From: K189A clade bacterium
GTDB taxonomy: Bacteria > Pseudomonadota > Gammaproteobacteria > Pseudomonadales > Azotimanducaceae
Direction: 5' to 3'
DNA: 35,137 nucleotides
NCBI GenBank assembly: GCA_018607685.1
Contig: JABBBA010000010.1
Span: 1 to 35,137 of the forward strand
The notes under the pieces were generated by a model, which searched no databases, was not told the DNA's origin, and saw nothing but the letters and a program-made list of their open reading frames with translations. Positions 18,947-26,918 of the stretch are shown here, piece after piece. The first letter of the stretch is position 1, and each line of letters opens with the position of its first letter. The position numbers and the translations under genes were made by a program.

Positions 18947-20581
18947 ATGGTTAAACTACTTTTAGTGGTGACCTTTCTCGCACTGGCCGGTTGTGAATCA
19001 GAGACCGATATCAGCAGTCCTGCAGCGTCAGTGAGCGCCACATCTTCAATTGCTGATGTAAGAACTGACGCGAGTATTGAGTGGTTCGACGGCACGATTG
19101 AAGAGGCGTTCAAGATAGCCGATGGCGAAGCCAGACCATTGTTCCTCTATTGGGGCGCTGTATGGTGCCCGCCATGCCAGGAAATCAAACATACGGTATT
19201 CAAGTCCCAGGAATTTATTCAGCTGACGCGACTCTTTGTGCCGGTCTACCTTGATGGCGACACCGATGAGGCGCAGGCCTGGGGTGAGAAGTTTGGCGTG
19301 ATGGGTTATCCAACAATGATCGTCTTCAACCCCTCCGGAGAAGAGATCACCCGTATCCCTGGAGGAATCGATATCTCCCGGTACAACACCGTGCTTGAAC
19401 TCAGCCTTCACCGGATGAGGTCGACCGCAGATCTTGTGCAGGTTGCGCTGGAAGATGCCACGCAACTATCAGCTGATGAGTTTTACCAGCTGGCATACTA
19501 CTCCTGGTTTCAAGACGCCGCTGCGGTGCCGGAGAGCGCTGATAGGGCAAAACTGTTTCTTGGTCTTTCGACCAGCGCGCCTGAGGGTGAACTGAGCAAT
19601 CGGTTTTACATGAACTATTTGCTTACTCTTGTTGAAGAGAATGAGGCCGAGGAGTCGGGTAAGGAAACATTGGATGCCGAGACCATAGCAGCGGACGCGT
19701 CCATCACAGACCCCATGATCACCGAGCGCCTGAAAACAATCCTGTCGTCAAGTTCATTGACTCTGGCTTCATGGGATTCGCTTGCCTACTACATGGAAGA
19801 GATTCTGGCATTGAAGGCCATTACAGATGTGGATAAGGGCAGCCTTGCAAGGCTCTGGGAGGATAGTCTTTTTGAGCTCCGATTTGATGAATCGCTGTCA
19901 AGGGCTGAGAAGTTAGCGGGTTGGTTGCCGAAACTGCAGCTGGCGACGGCCGATGGCCAGCCGCTTTCTGGGGATTTGCAAAAATTGTTGAGAGCAGAGA
20001 TGGCGTCGGTCGATGAAGCAACGATAGATAGTTTTGAACGGCAAAGTGTGATCAACCAGATGAGCTATATCTATCGGGAAGCAGGTCTGGTCGGTGATGC
20101 AAAAGACCTGTTGTTGGCGGAACTGGAAAAATCCGCATCACCTTACTACTTCATGAGCTCGCTGGGTTCGCTTGCTGAAAAAGGTGACAACTTTGATGAG
20201 GCATTAAGCTGGAGAAAACAGGCTTATGAGAATTCAGTTGGTGAAGCCACCAGGTTTCAATGGGGCGCGAACTACGTTTTGGCCATGATCCGAATGGCTC
20301 CGGAGGACCAGGAGGCAATAGAAGTGCAGTCCAGCGCGCTCTTGCTTGAGTTCCATCAGTCAGCGGAACTTTTTGTGGGGCGAAATTTTAGAACCCTGAA
20401 ACGTCTGAATGAGAATCTGCTAGCCTGGCAGGAAGCACGGAATCAGGACGGGCTGGTATTCGAATCAGAAGTCGAAAAGTTATGCGATGACCAGAAAGAA
20501 GACAGCCTGCAATATCAGAACTGTCGGTCCCTGTTTGTTGAAGACGATGTAGAAGAAATAAAGGTGGCGCTGTCGTCATGA
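18947..20581 (+). CDS. Thioredoxin-fold lipoprotein with large helical (TPR-like) C-terminal domain
   Basis: Lipobox LALAGCESE. Thioredoxin motif WGAVWCPPCQ, with cis-Pro region GYPTMIVF. About 400 aa of helical repeat-like sequence follows. Confidence 0.75.
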   Translation: MVKLLLVVTFLALAGCESETDISSPAASVSATSSIADVRTDASIEWFDGTIEEAFKIADGEARPLFLYWGAVWCPPCQEIKHTVFKSQEFIQLTRLFVPVYLDGDTDEAQAWGEKFGVMGYPTMIVFNPSGEEITRIPGGIDISRYNTVLELSLHRMRSTADLVQVALEDATQLSADEFYQLAYYSWFQDAAAVPESADRAKLFLGLSTSAPEGELSNRFYMNYLLTLVEENEAEESGKETLDAETIAADASITDPMITERLKTILSSSSLTLASWDSLAYYMEEILALKAITDVDKGSLARLWEDSLFELRFDESLSRAEKLAGWLPKLQLATADGQPLSGDLQKLLRAEMASVDEATIDSFERQSVINQMSYIYREAGLVGDAKDLLLAELEKSASPYYFMSSLGSLAEKGDNFDEALSWRKQAYENSVGEATRFQWGANYVLAMIRMAPEDQEAIEVQSSALLLEFHQSAELFVGRNFRTLKRLNENLLAWQEARNQDGLVFESEVEKLCDDQKEDSLQYQNCRSLFVEDDVEEIKVALSS

Positions 20582-20588
20582 GTAGCGC

Positions 20589-21209
20589 ATGAAGACCCTG
20601 ACGAATGAAGAGTACCTCGAGATGCGTGCCGGCGCTGATGTAACCGCCGCTGACGAGTATGGTGATAAGGTTCTGCTGCTTAAGGATGGCACCTACCTTA
20701 AGTTGTTTCGTGTTAAACGGCTTTTCACCTCCGCGCGACTGTTCCCTTATTGGCGGCGCTTCGAGAAAAACGCGCAAGCGCTACATAGGCTAGGTGTGCC
20801 GACGCTTAACGTTATTGAATCAATCCGGTTGCCGGGGCTCGATAGGACCGCGGTGCATTATGAGCCCCTGCCGGGCAGCACGTTACGTGAGCTCCCTGAT
20901 TTTGATGCCGGTTTTGTCGCCAGAATTGGCGCGTTTATCAAAGGATTACACGACAAGGGTGTCTACCTTCGATCCCTGCATTTGGGGAATGTCGTGCTCA
21001 CGCCTGAGGGTGAGCTTGGATTAATCGATATCGCGGATATGAAGGTTTACAGGGGATCGCTTCGAAAGGGTCTGCGGCTTCGAAACCTCTACCATCTATG
21101 GCGGTACGAGCAGGACAGGCGAGCCATCGCTCCCCACCATAAGGAATTCGTTAGCTCCTTCGATCCTGGCTATCGTGAAGAAGCATCCAGGATGTTCCAG
21201 CCGGAATAA
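20589..21209 (+). CDS. Kdo/LPS-kinase-like (InaA / 'toluene tolerance protein' type) small kinase-fold protein
   Basis: 206 aa with LRSLHLGNVVLTPEGELGLIDIADM, i.e. a catalytic-loop/DFG-like arrangement in which HxD is replaced by HLG. Starts 7 nt after the Trx-like gene. Confidence 0.6.
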   Translation: MKTLTNEEYLEMRAGADVTAADEYGDKVLLLKDGTYLKLFRVKRLFTSARLFPYWRRFEKNAQALHRLGVPTLNVIESIRLPGLDRTAVHYEPLPGSTLRELPDFDAGFVARIGAFIKGLHDKGVYLRSLHLGNVVLTPEGELGLIDIADMKVYRGSLRKGLRLRNLYHLWRYEQDRRAIAPHHKEFVSSFDPGYREEASRMFQPE

Positions 21210-21300
21210 GGTTTGTTCGCTATCCCCGTTGTCTGATTTAATGTTCCCTTCCGGCAGGTGGACATACCTTCGCGTAGACATAACTCCAGGGGAGAATCAG

Positions 21301-21831
21301 ATGTTTAAGACTTATCCGCTTTTTCAGCACGCCTATCTTGTGAATGACGTTCGAGAGGCCTGTGGCCGTTGGCATTCATTGTTCGGCGCAGGTCCATTTA
21401 TTGTTACTGATCATCACAGGACCGACACGTTCACCTACCGTGGTACGGACGTTGAGGCAGATGTGTCGTATGCGTTTGGTTACCTTGGAGACGTGATGAT
21501 TCAGTTTATCCAGCAGCACGACAACCAGCCGTCTATCTATCGTGATATGTATGCCCAGGGGGAAGAGGGGTTTCATCACGTCGCGTATCTTGTCAGTGAC
21601 TGGGAGGCGGCGAAATCGCGATTGGAAGGTATGGGTTTTGAATGCGCCTGTGAGCTGTTCGCAAGCAATGTCAGTGCTGCTTACTATGACACAAGAGAAG
21701 TGACCGGCGGCTTCACCGAGATCCACATGGACCCGCCCCATATTATTTCTGCCTTCGCTAACTGGAAACACGCACATATCACAATGGAGGAAGGCGATGG
21801 CCCGATTATGGACAGGCCCCCTATTACCTGA
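21301..21831 (+). CDS. VOC (glyoxalase/bleomycin-resistance/dioxygenase) family protein
   Basis: ORF begins at 21175 and would overlap the previous gene. ATG 21301 has GGGGAG upstream. FQHAYLVNDV and FHHVAYLVSDWEAA are paired beta-alpha-beta-beta-beta module signatures. Confidence 0.65.
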   Translation: MFKTYPLFQHAYLVNDVREACGRWHSLFGAGPFIVTDHHRTDTFTYRGTDVEADVSYAFGYLGDVMIQFIQQHDNQPSIYRDMYAQGEEGFHHVAYLVSDWEAAKSRLEGMGFECACELFASNVSAAYYDTREVTGGFTEIHMDPPHIISAFANWKHAHITMEEGDGPIMDRPPIT

Positions 21832-21846
21832 TGAAGAGATGACATA

Positions 21847-22719
21847 ATGAACAGACTGGATGAAAAAGTAGCCGTTGTAACGGGTGGCGCCAGCGGAATG
21901 GGGCTATCAACCGTGCTTCGTTTCCTTGAAGAAGGTGCGCTCGTCGTGATTGCAGATTTCAATGAAACAACCGGTACCGCCGCCGTCGACGAGGCGACCC
22001 GCCTGGGATATGGCTCAAGGGTGAGCTTCATTAAGACCGACGTCGCTTTAGAAGCTGATGTTGAGGCCATGTTGGATGAGGCGGTGAGCCGATTTGGGCG
22101 TCTTGACGTGTTGTTCAACAATGCAGGCGTTGGCGGGGCGATTGGACCATTGACTGAAACGACGACAGAAGACTGGGACTACACGTTCGATGTGTTGGCC
22201 AAGGGGGTTTTCCTCGGTCTTAAACATGGAGCGCGCCATATGCAGGCCCAGGGGCAGGGCGGTTCGATCATCAATACGGCCTCTATCGCGGGCCTGAGTG
22301 GCGATGCGGGTCCGCTGGTCTATTCGGCGGCGAAAGCAGCGGTCATTAGTATGTCGAAAGCAGCGGCGGTTGAACTCGCCGAGGATCGCATCAGGGTTAA
22401 CGCTATTTGCCCCGGGTTTATTGCTACGCCGCTGGCTGATGGTGGAAAGCCGGAAGCGACTAAGAAGTCTTTTATGAAGTCCCAGCCCTGGCCGGACTAC
22501 GGCAGGGGCGAGCATATCGCCGGAGCAGCATTATTTCTGGCGTCCAGTGATGCCGAGTTTGTCACCGGGGAGTACCTTGTGGTCGATGGCGGTTTAACCG
22601 CTGCGGGTCCTGAGCTCAGTCGAAAATTTCCAAAAATATCCGCGAGTAAATCCAGCGTGTCCGGCATCACCAAAGGGTCGACGGGTGAGCCGCCTGAGAT
22701 CCGGCGGCTGGATGGTTAA
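21847..22719 (+). CDS. SDR family oxidoreductase (classical)
   Basis: VTGGASGMG, NNAGV, YSAAK (YxxxK), PGFIATP. Confidence 0.9.
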   Translation: MNRLDEKVAVVTGGASGMGLSTVLRFLEEGALVVIADFNETTGTAAVDEATRLGYGSRVSFIKTDVALEADVEAMLDEAVSRFGRLDVLFNNAGVGGAIGPLTETTTEDWDYTFDVLAKGVFLGLKHGARHMQAQGQGGSIINTASIAGLSGDAGPLVYSAAKAAVISMSKAAAVELAEDRIRVNAICPGFIATPLADGGKPEATKKSFMKSQPWPDYGRGEHIAGAALFLASSDAEFVTGEYLVVDGGLTAAGPELSRKFPKISASKSSVSGITKGSTGEPPEIRRLDG

Positions 22720-22837
22720 GTCAATTTTGTGTGCGGCGCTGCAACGTTCCGCACCCAGGCTTTTTGGTCAGGCGGCCGAGTGTGCTCGTTAGCAGCTGTT
22801 AATCAGGGTATTTTTCGTCAATTGTGTAATACAAGTA

Positions 22838-22865
22838 TTGACCTTTAAATTGAAAGGCATATGAT
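22838..22865 (+). promoter_or_regulatory. Sigma70-like promoter (TTGACC-16 nt-TATGAT) in AT-rich spacer upstream of the ABC genes
   Basis: TTGACC at 22838-22843, 16-nt spacer, TATGAT at 22860-22865. This is the only near-consensus promoter I could see in the 440-nt gap. Confidence 0.45.
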
Positions 22866-22905
22866 ACCCGCCACCCAAAGAACCGAAATAGTGTAAAAAA
22901 GTTTA

Positions 22906-23034
22906 ATGAAAAATTTCTTATTCAACATGTGTCAACCGATCGCGTATAGCGCTACGCCCACGGGAGACGTACGCCTGTCGTATGTTGCAAGTGCACATTT
23001 TGAGAAAAATGGTACCGATATTCCCATAACCTGA
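22906..23034 (+). CDS. Candidate 42-codon small ORF in the ABC leader (MKNFLFNMCQPIAYSATPTGDVRLSYVASAHFEKNGTDIPIT)
   Basis: ATG..TGA lies between the predicted promoter and the terminator. It is below the ORF-track cutoff, so I translated it by hand. No convincing Shine-Dalgarno, so weak. Confidence 0.2.
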   Translation: MKNFLFNMCQPIAYSATPTGDVRLSYVASAHFEKNGTDIPIT

Positions 23035-23090
23035 CGAACACATAACAAATTCGGAAGGTTGAAGATTTAAGGCCTTCCGGAGAAAAATTA

Positions 23091-23132
23091 AAACCCCGGT
23101 AGTCTTTTAGATAAGCACCGGGGTTTTTTTTT
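23091..23132 (+). terminator. Rho-independent terminator/attenuator 28 nt upstream of the ABC start codon
   Basis: AAACCCCGGT (23091-23100) pairs with ACCGGGGTTT (23117-23126) across a 16-nt loop, followed by a run of 9 T. It is preceded by a second hairpin, CGGAAGG/CCTTCCG (23052-23079). Confidence 0.7.
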
Positions 23133-23159
23133 ACCCCGACACAACTGGAGGGGAGAGCG

Positions 23160-25034
23160 ATGTTTGACTTAACGGTATTCGCGAATCCGGCAAGACTAAA
23201 AAGAGAGTTTCTGGATACGACCGAGGTGGCGGAGCAGGCAGTGCCCGTTGAACTGGCGCATGAATTCGAGCAGTTGAAGGAAGAAGCCCCTGACATCCTG
23301 ATGACGGGTCGTTTCTGGTGGGATTTTGTCCGCACCTATCGGAATCATATTGCTCAACTGGTGGCAGGGCGGGCGGTGATGACAGTGCTGCTGCTGATGG
23401 CTGTGCTGGCGAGCCAGAAAATTCTTGATGAAACCAATACGCTAACGGCAGCCGTGTGGTTGCTGGTGTTCTACGCCGCGATCCAGTTGGTCATGAAGGT
23501 CGTTAATGCCTGGGCAGCGTTACTGCAAAGCCAGCTGCTTGTCTGTACGAGGACATATGTCACCTTGAGGATGAATGCCAAATTGCTCCGAATGGGCCAG
23601 CTGGCCTCCCAGGAATTTTCTACCGGTAACCTTAAAACACTGGTTTCCTCGGACATTTACCGTATCGGTGATTTCTTCCATGCGGTTTCCAGAAACGGTG
23701 TGCCCTGTCTGCTGGCGCTGATTATTCTGGGTCCGGTAATTGTTTACTCGATGGGGATTCCCGGATTATTGGCGATGGTCGTCGGGTTCGGTGCTATGCC
23801 GCTGGCGTTTGTATTTGGTCGCTATGTCCATAAGAAGGAAAAGAGCATCAAAGCTGAAGAGGACACACTGTCGACCATGATCGGTGAATGGGTGACAAAT
23901 GTTCGATTGCTCCGATTCCTGGGCTGGGAGCCGTTGATGCGCACAAGGGTTGCCGGACATATCCGGAAGCTGGTGATAGAGGCGACCAAACAGCATGGCG
24001 CTAACCTGGTGAACTTTGGGATCAGCGTGACCTGGTGGCTGTTGCCGATCATTGTATTGATCTGGGCGAATGAAGCGTTGGATGGCAATGATGATGTCGT
24101 TGTCCTGTTCGGGAGCATCTGGATGTTGAATCACATCACGTTATACATCCGATGGTTGCCTAACATCTTCATTGATTATGCGTCAGCCGCGGCCTGTGTT
24201 GATCGACTGGAGAAACTTTTTACGCATAAGGACATCACCGATGACCTTATGCCGGACTGGCATCAGTCTGTTAAGGATGCGATGCCAGTACGTATGCACC
24301 TGAACAACGTTTCATTTCAGTATGGCGCTGCTGAACCCGTGGTTAACAACGTGTATCTCACGTTGGATCTCACCGAAGCAGTCAGTTTGATCGGGCAGGT
24401 GGGTAGTGGGAAGTCGACACTGCTGAAGCTGATTTGCGCCGAGCTGAAACCCACCTCTGGCACTATCCAGGTGGAATTCGACAATGGCGTGATTGCGGAC
24501 CTGTGGCATGCAAATGTCTATCGCGCCTGCAGGAACAATGTGGCCTACATGCCGCAGGAGGCCTATCTGTCGAACACCAGTTTTTCGATCAATGTATCAC
24601 TGGACTCGTCAACAGATGACGCTGATGTCATGCGCGCCATCCAGATGGCAGAGCTTGAAGCTGACCTCGGGGCCTGGGATAGCGGGCTTGGGGAAGAAGT
24701 CGGTGAAACCGGTGTAAACCTGTCCGGTGGTCAAAAGCAGCGTGTGAACCTCGCCCGGGCGTTGCATTCGGGCCGTGGATACCTGGTGCTGGACGACCCG
24801 CTTAGTGCTGTCGATACGGATACCGAGGCAAGGCTAATGGTGAATTTACTTGATAACACGACGGGCTTTTTTCTGGCGAGTCACAGACTAACTGAGCTTC
24901 GCTTGACCGATCGTTTGCTGGTGCTGGAACGGGGCCGGGTCATTGAAGACGGCGCACCGGTCACGTTAATGAGCGACCCAGAATCAGAATTCAGCCAACA
25001 CCTGAATTCAGGTGATTTTGGCCTGGAGGAGTAA
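23160..25034 (+). CDS. ABC transporter permease/ATPase half-transporter, ABCC-NBD1-like (degenerate catalytic base)
   Basis: GGAGGGGAG SD. N-terminal TMD. Walker A GQVGSGKST, signature LSGGQKQR, Walker B YLVLDDPLSAVD (Asp where the catalytic Glu is expected), H-loop ASHRL. Confidence 0.9.
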   Translation: MFDLTVFANPARLKREFLDTTEVAEQAVPVELAHEFEQLKEEAPDILMTGRFWWDFVRTYRNHIAQLVAGRAVMTVLLLMAVLASQKILDETNTLTAAVWLLVFYAAIQLVMKVVNAWAALLQSQLLVCTRTYVTLRMNAKLLRMGQLASQEFSTGNLKTLVSSDIYRIGDFFHAVSRNGVPCLLALIILGPVIVYSMGIPGLLAMVVGFGAMPLAFVFGRYVHKKEKSIKAEEDTLSTMIGEWVTNVRLLRFLGWEPLMRTRVAGHIRKLVIEATKQHGANLVNFGISVTWWLLPIIVLIWANEALDGNDDVVVLFGSIWMLNHITLYIRWLPNIFIDYASAAACVDRLEKLFTHKDITDDLMPDWHQSVKDAMPVRMHLNNVSFQYGAAEPVVNNVYLTLDLTEAVSLIGQVGSGKSTLLKLICAELKPTSGTIQVEFDNGVIADLWHANVYRACRNNVAYMPQEAYLSNTSFSINVSLDSSTDDADVMRAIQMAELEADLGAWDSGLGEEVGETGVNLSGGQKQRVNLARALHSGRGYLVLDDPLSAVDTDTEARLMVNLLDNTTGFFLASHRLTELRLTDRLLVLERGRVIEDGAPVTLMSDPESEFSQHLNSGDFGLEE

Positions 25035-25037
25035 GAA

Positions 25038-26822
25038 ATGAATCATCAAAACTTTGTGACGGAGGAGGAAGTCTCCGCGCAGCAGAACAATATTAAGACC
25101 CTGGTGAGGTTTGCGGGGTCTCTGTCCCTGCTTCATAAGCTCATGGTGCCGACCGTGCTCGTCATGTTTTTTGCGGCCGCGATTCCACCTTATTTTTTAT
25201 GGCTGATAGGGGAGCTGGTCAGTTGTGCCAGCGGTTCAGCATGTCAGGTTACCCACGAGGTGATGGGTTGGGAGCTTGTAGTGCCAGCGACCAAATCGAC
25301 TCTCGTTGTGCTGGTGCTGCTCGCCATGTTTTGCAGGATCAGTGCATGGATGTTGTTTGAATTGTCAGGGCAATGGTCTACCCAGAAACTACATGCGGAC
25401 ATGATGCAGTCAGTGTCCGGCGTCAGGACAACCTTTTTTGACGAGAACCCCTCGGGTCGACTGATCAACAGGTTGCTGGGCGATTACGGAATGTTGCGAC
25501 TCGAAGGCGTGATGTCATATGGCGATACAGCGAACGGATTGATGGAGGTCCTGTGTGTGGGTGCGCTTATCATGGTGGCCAGCCCGATTGCAGGCTTACT
25601 TATTCTTCCGGCAATGGTGTCGTACATTGCCCTGCAGGCCCAACTTGCACCCATGATGAGTCACGCAAGGGAGCTCAGAGCCGTCAGGATCGGTGAGATG
25701 CTGCACCGTGAAACCGACCTCATTGAGGGGCGAACGATCTTCACCCTGTACAACAAACAGGAAAATCTGCTGCAGAGGATTCACAAATCCTTTGGCGACT
25801 CCATGAACATCCAGTTGTTCTATGCGCGGCTAATGGCCTGGGGCATGCTCTGGATGGGTCTGATTTCCGCAGTCTATGCGGTGGTGGTTTATGGGTTCCT
25901 TGTTTATGGGCTTCATTCAGGGCTAATTACTACAACTCTGGCAGCCATTGTGATCACCGCAGTCTTTAACCTGAACAGCCTGTTCTTCAATCTTGCCTGG
26001 GACATGTCGTTCCTGGGTGAAACGGCGTCCCACGCGCGGCGAGCCTTTTTTATGATTGACCTGCCGGTAGAGACCAGTGAGGAGAGTACATGCAAGGTAA
26101 AAGCGGCGAAGCCTATCGTAGCTGGTGCGACCCTGTCGGGAGATATCGTGTTCGATCACTACTCGATGTCCTACCGGCCAGATACTCCGATGATTCTGGA
26201 CAGGTTGTCGGTAACGATACCCGCGGGAAGAAAAGTCGGCATCGTAGGCAGGACCGGTGCCGGTAAATCCTCCCTGATGCAGGCACTGTTTCGAATGGTG
26301 TATCACCAGGGAGGTGATGTTCAAATCGGCGGAGAATCCATTTTTGGTCTGGATGTTAACGTCCTGCGAGGCCATTTTGGCGTTGTCCCGCAGGACCCTT
26401 ACCTCTTTATGGGAGACATACGGTTTAACCTTAAGGGTGATCTGGATGTGACCGACGAGGAGATGAAGTCAGTGCTTAAAACGGTTGGCCTCGACGTCGA
26501 CCTGGATGCACATGTGCTGGAAGGAGGGAAAGACTATAGCGTTGGAGAGCGACAGTTACTTTGTATTGCGCGTCTTATTCTTCTGGACAAGAACTACATC
26601 CTGATGGATGAGCCGACCAGCGCGCTCGATCGGAAAACCGATGAAATGATCCAGCGACTGATGCGGACGGTGCTGGCTGATAAAACAGTCATTACCATCG
26701 CCCACCGGTTAGAAAGCCTGGAGCGCTACGACCAGATCATCGAGATGAGTAATGGAAAACTTCTGAGGCAAGGCAAACCCTCCGAAATCATCTCAAACAT
26801 CCAGGACCAGTTCGTCGCCTAA
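25038..26822 (+). CDS. ABC transporter permease/ATPase half-transporter, ABCC-NBD2-like (degenerate signature)
   Basis: Starts 3 nt after the partner. Walker A GRTGAGKSS, signature YSVGERQ (non-canonical), Walker B ILMDEPTSALD (catalytic Glu present), H-loop IAHRL. Confidence 0.9.
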   Translation: MNHQNFVTEEEVSAQQNNIKTLVRFAGSLSLLHKLMVPTVLVMFFAAAIPPYFLWLIGELVSCASGSACQVTHEVMGWELVVPATKSTLVVLVLLAMFCRISAWMLFELSGQWSTQKLHADMMQSVSGVRTTFFDENPSGRLINRLLGDYGMLRLEGVMSYGDTANGLMEVLCVGALIMVASPIAGLLILPAMVSYIALQAQLAPMMSHARELRAVRIGEMLHRETDLIEGRTIFTLYNKQENLLQRIHKSFGDSMNIQLFYARLMAWGMLWMGLISAVYAVVVYGFLVYGLHSGLITTTLAAIVITAVFNLNSLFFNLAWDMSFLGETASHARRAFFMIDLPVETSEESTCKVKAAKPIVAGATLSGDIVFDHYSMSYRPDTPMILDRLSVTIPAGRKVGIVGRTGAGKSSLMQALFRMVYHQGGDVQIGGESIFGLDVNVLRGHFGVVPQDPYLFMGDIRFNLKGDLDVTDEEMKSVLKTVGLDVDLDAHVLEGGKDYSVGERQLLCIARLILLDKNYILMDEPTSALDRKTDEMIQRLMRTVLADKTVITIAHRLESLERYDQIIEMSNGKLLRQGKPSEIISNIQDQFVA

Positions 26823-26830
26823 ACCTTTTA

Positions 26831-26897
26831 AAGGGGACGGAGGAGATCAAGGGGGACGGAGGAGATTAGTGATTAGTGCAATCTCCTCCGTCCCCTT
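26831..26897. terminator. 17-bp-stem hairpin with tandemly duplicated left arm at a convergent junction
   Basis: AAGGGGACGGAGGAGAT occurs twice in tandem (26831-26847, 26849-26866, one extra G in the second). Its reverse complement ATCTCCTCCGTCCCCTT is at 26881-26897. Confidence 0.6.
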
Positions 26898-26918
26898 AAA
26901 ATTGTTGCAGGAGTGTTT

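Noticed and set aside
22870-23135. Known riboswitch class in the ABC leader
   Set aside because: I could not recognise any conserved riboswitch core (TPP, SAM, cobalamin, FMN, glycine, c-di-GMP, fluoride and others) by eye. A covariance-model scan is needed, so it is reported only as an unclassified leader.
22952-23335. 127-aa minus-strand ORF spanning the leader, terminator and 5' end of the first ABC gene
   Set aside because: It overlaps a well-supported ABC CDS, its SD and an intrinsic terminator. Its composition is low-complexity and Ser/Cys-rich with no recognisable motif, so it is most likely a shadow ORF.
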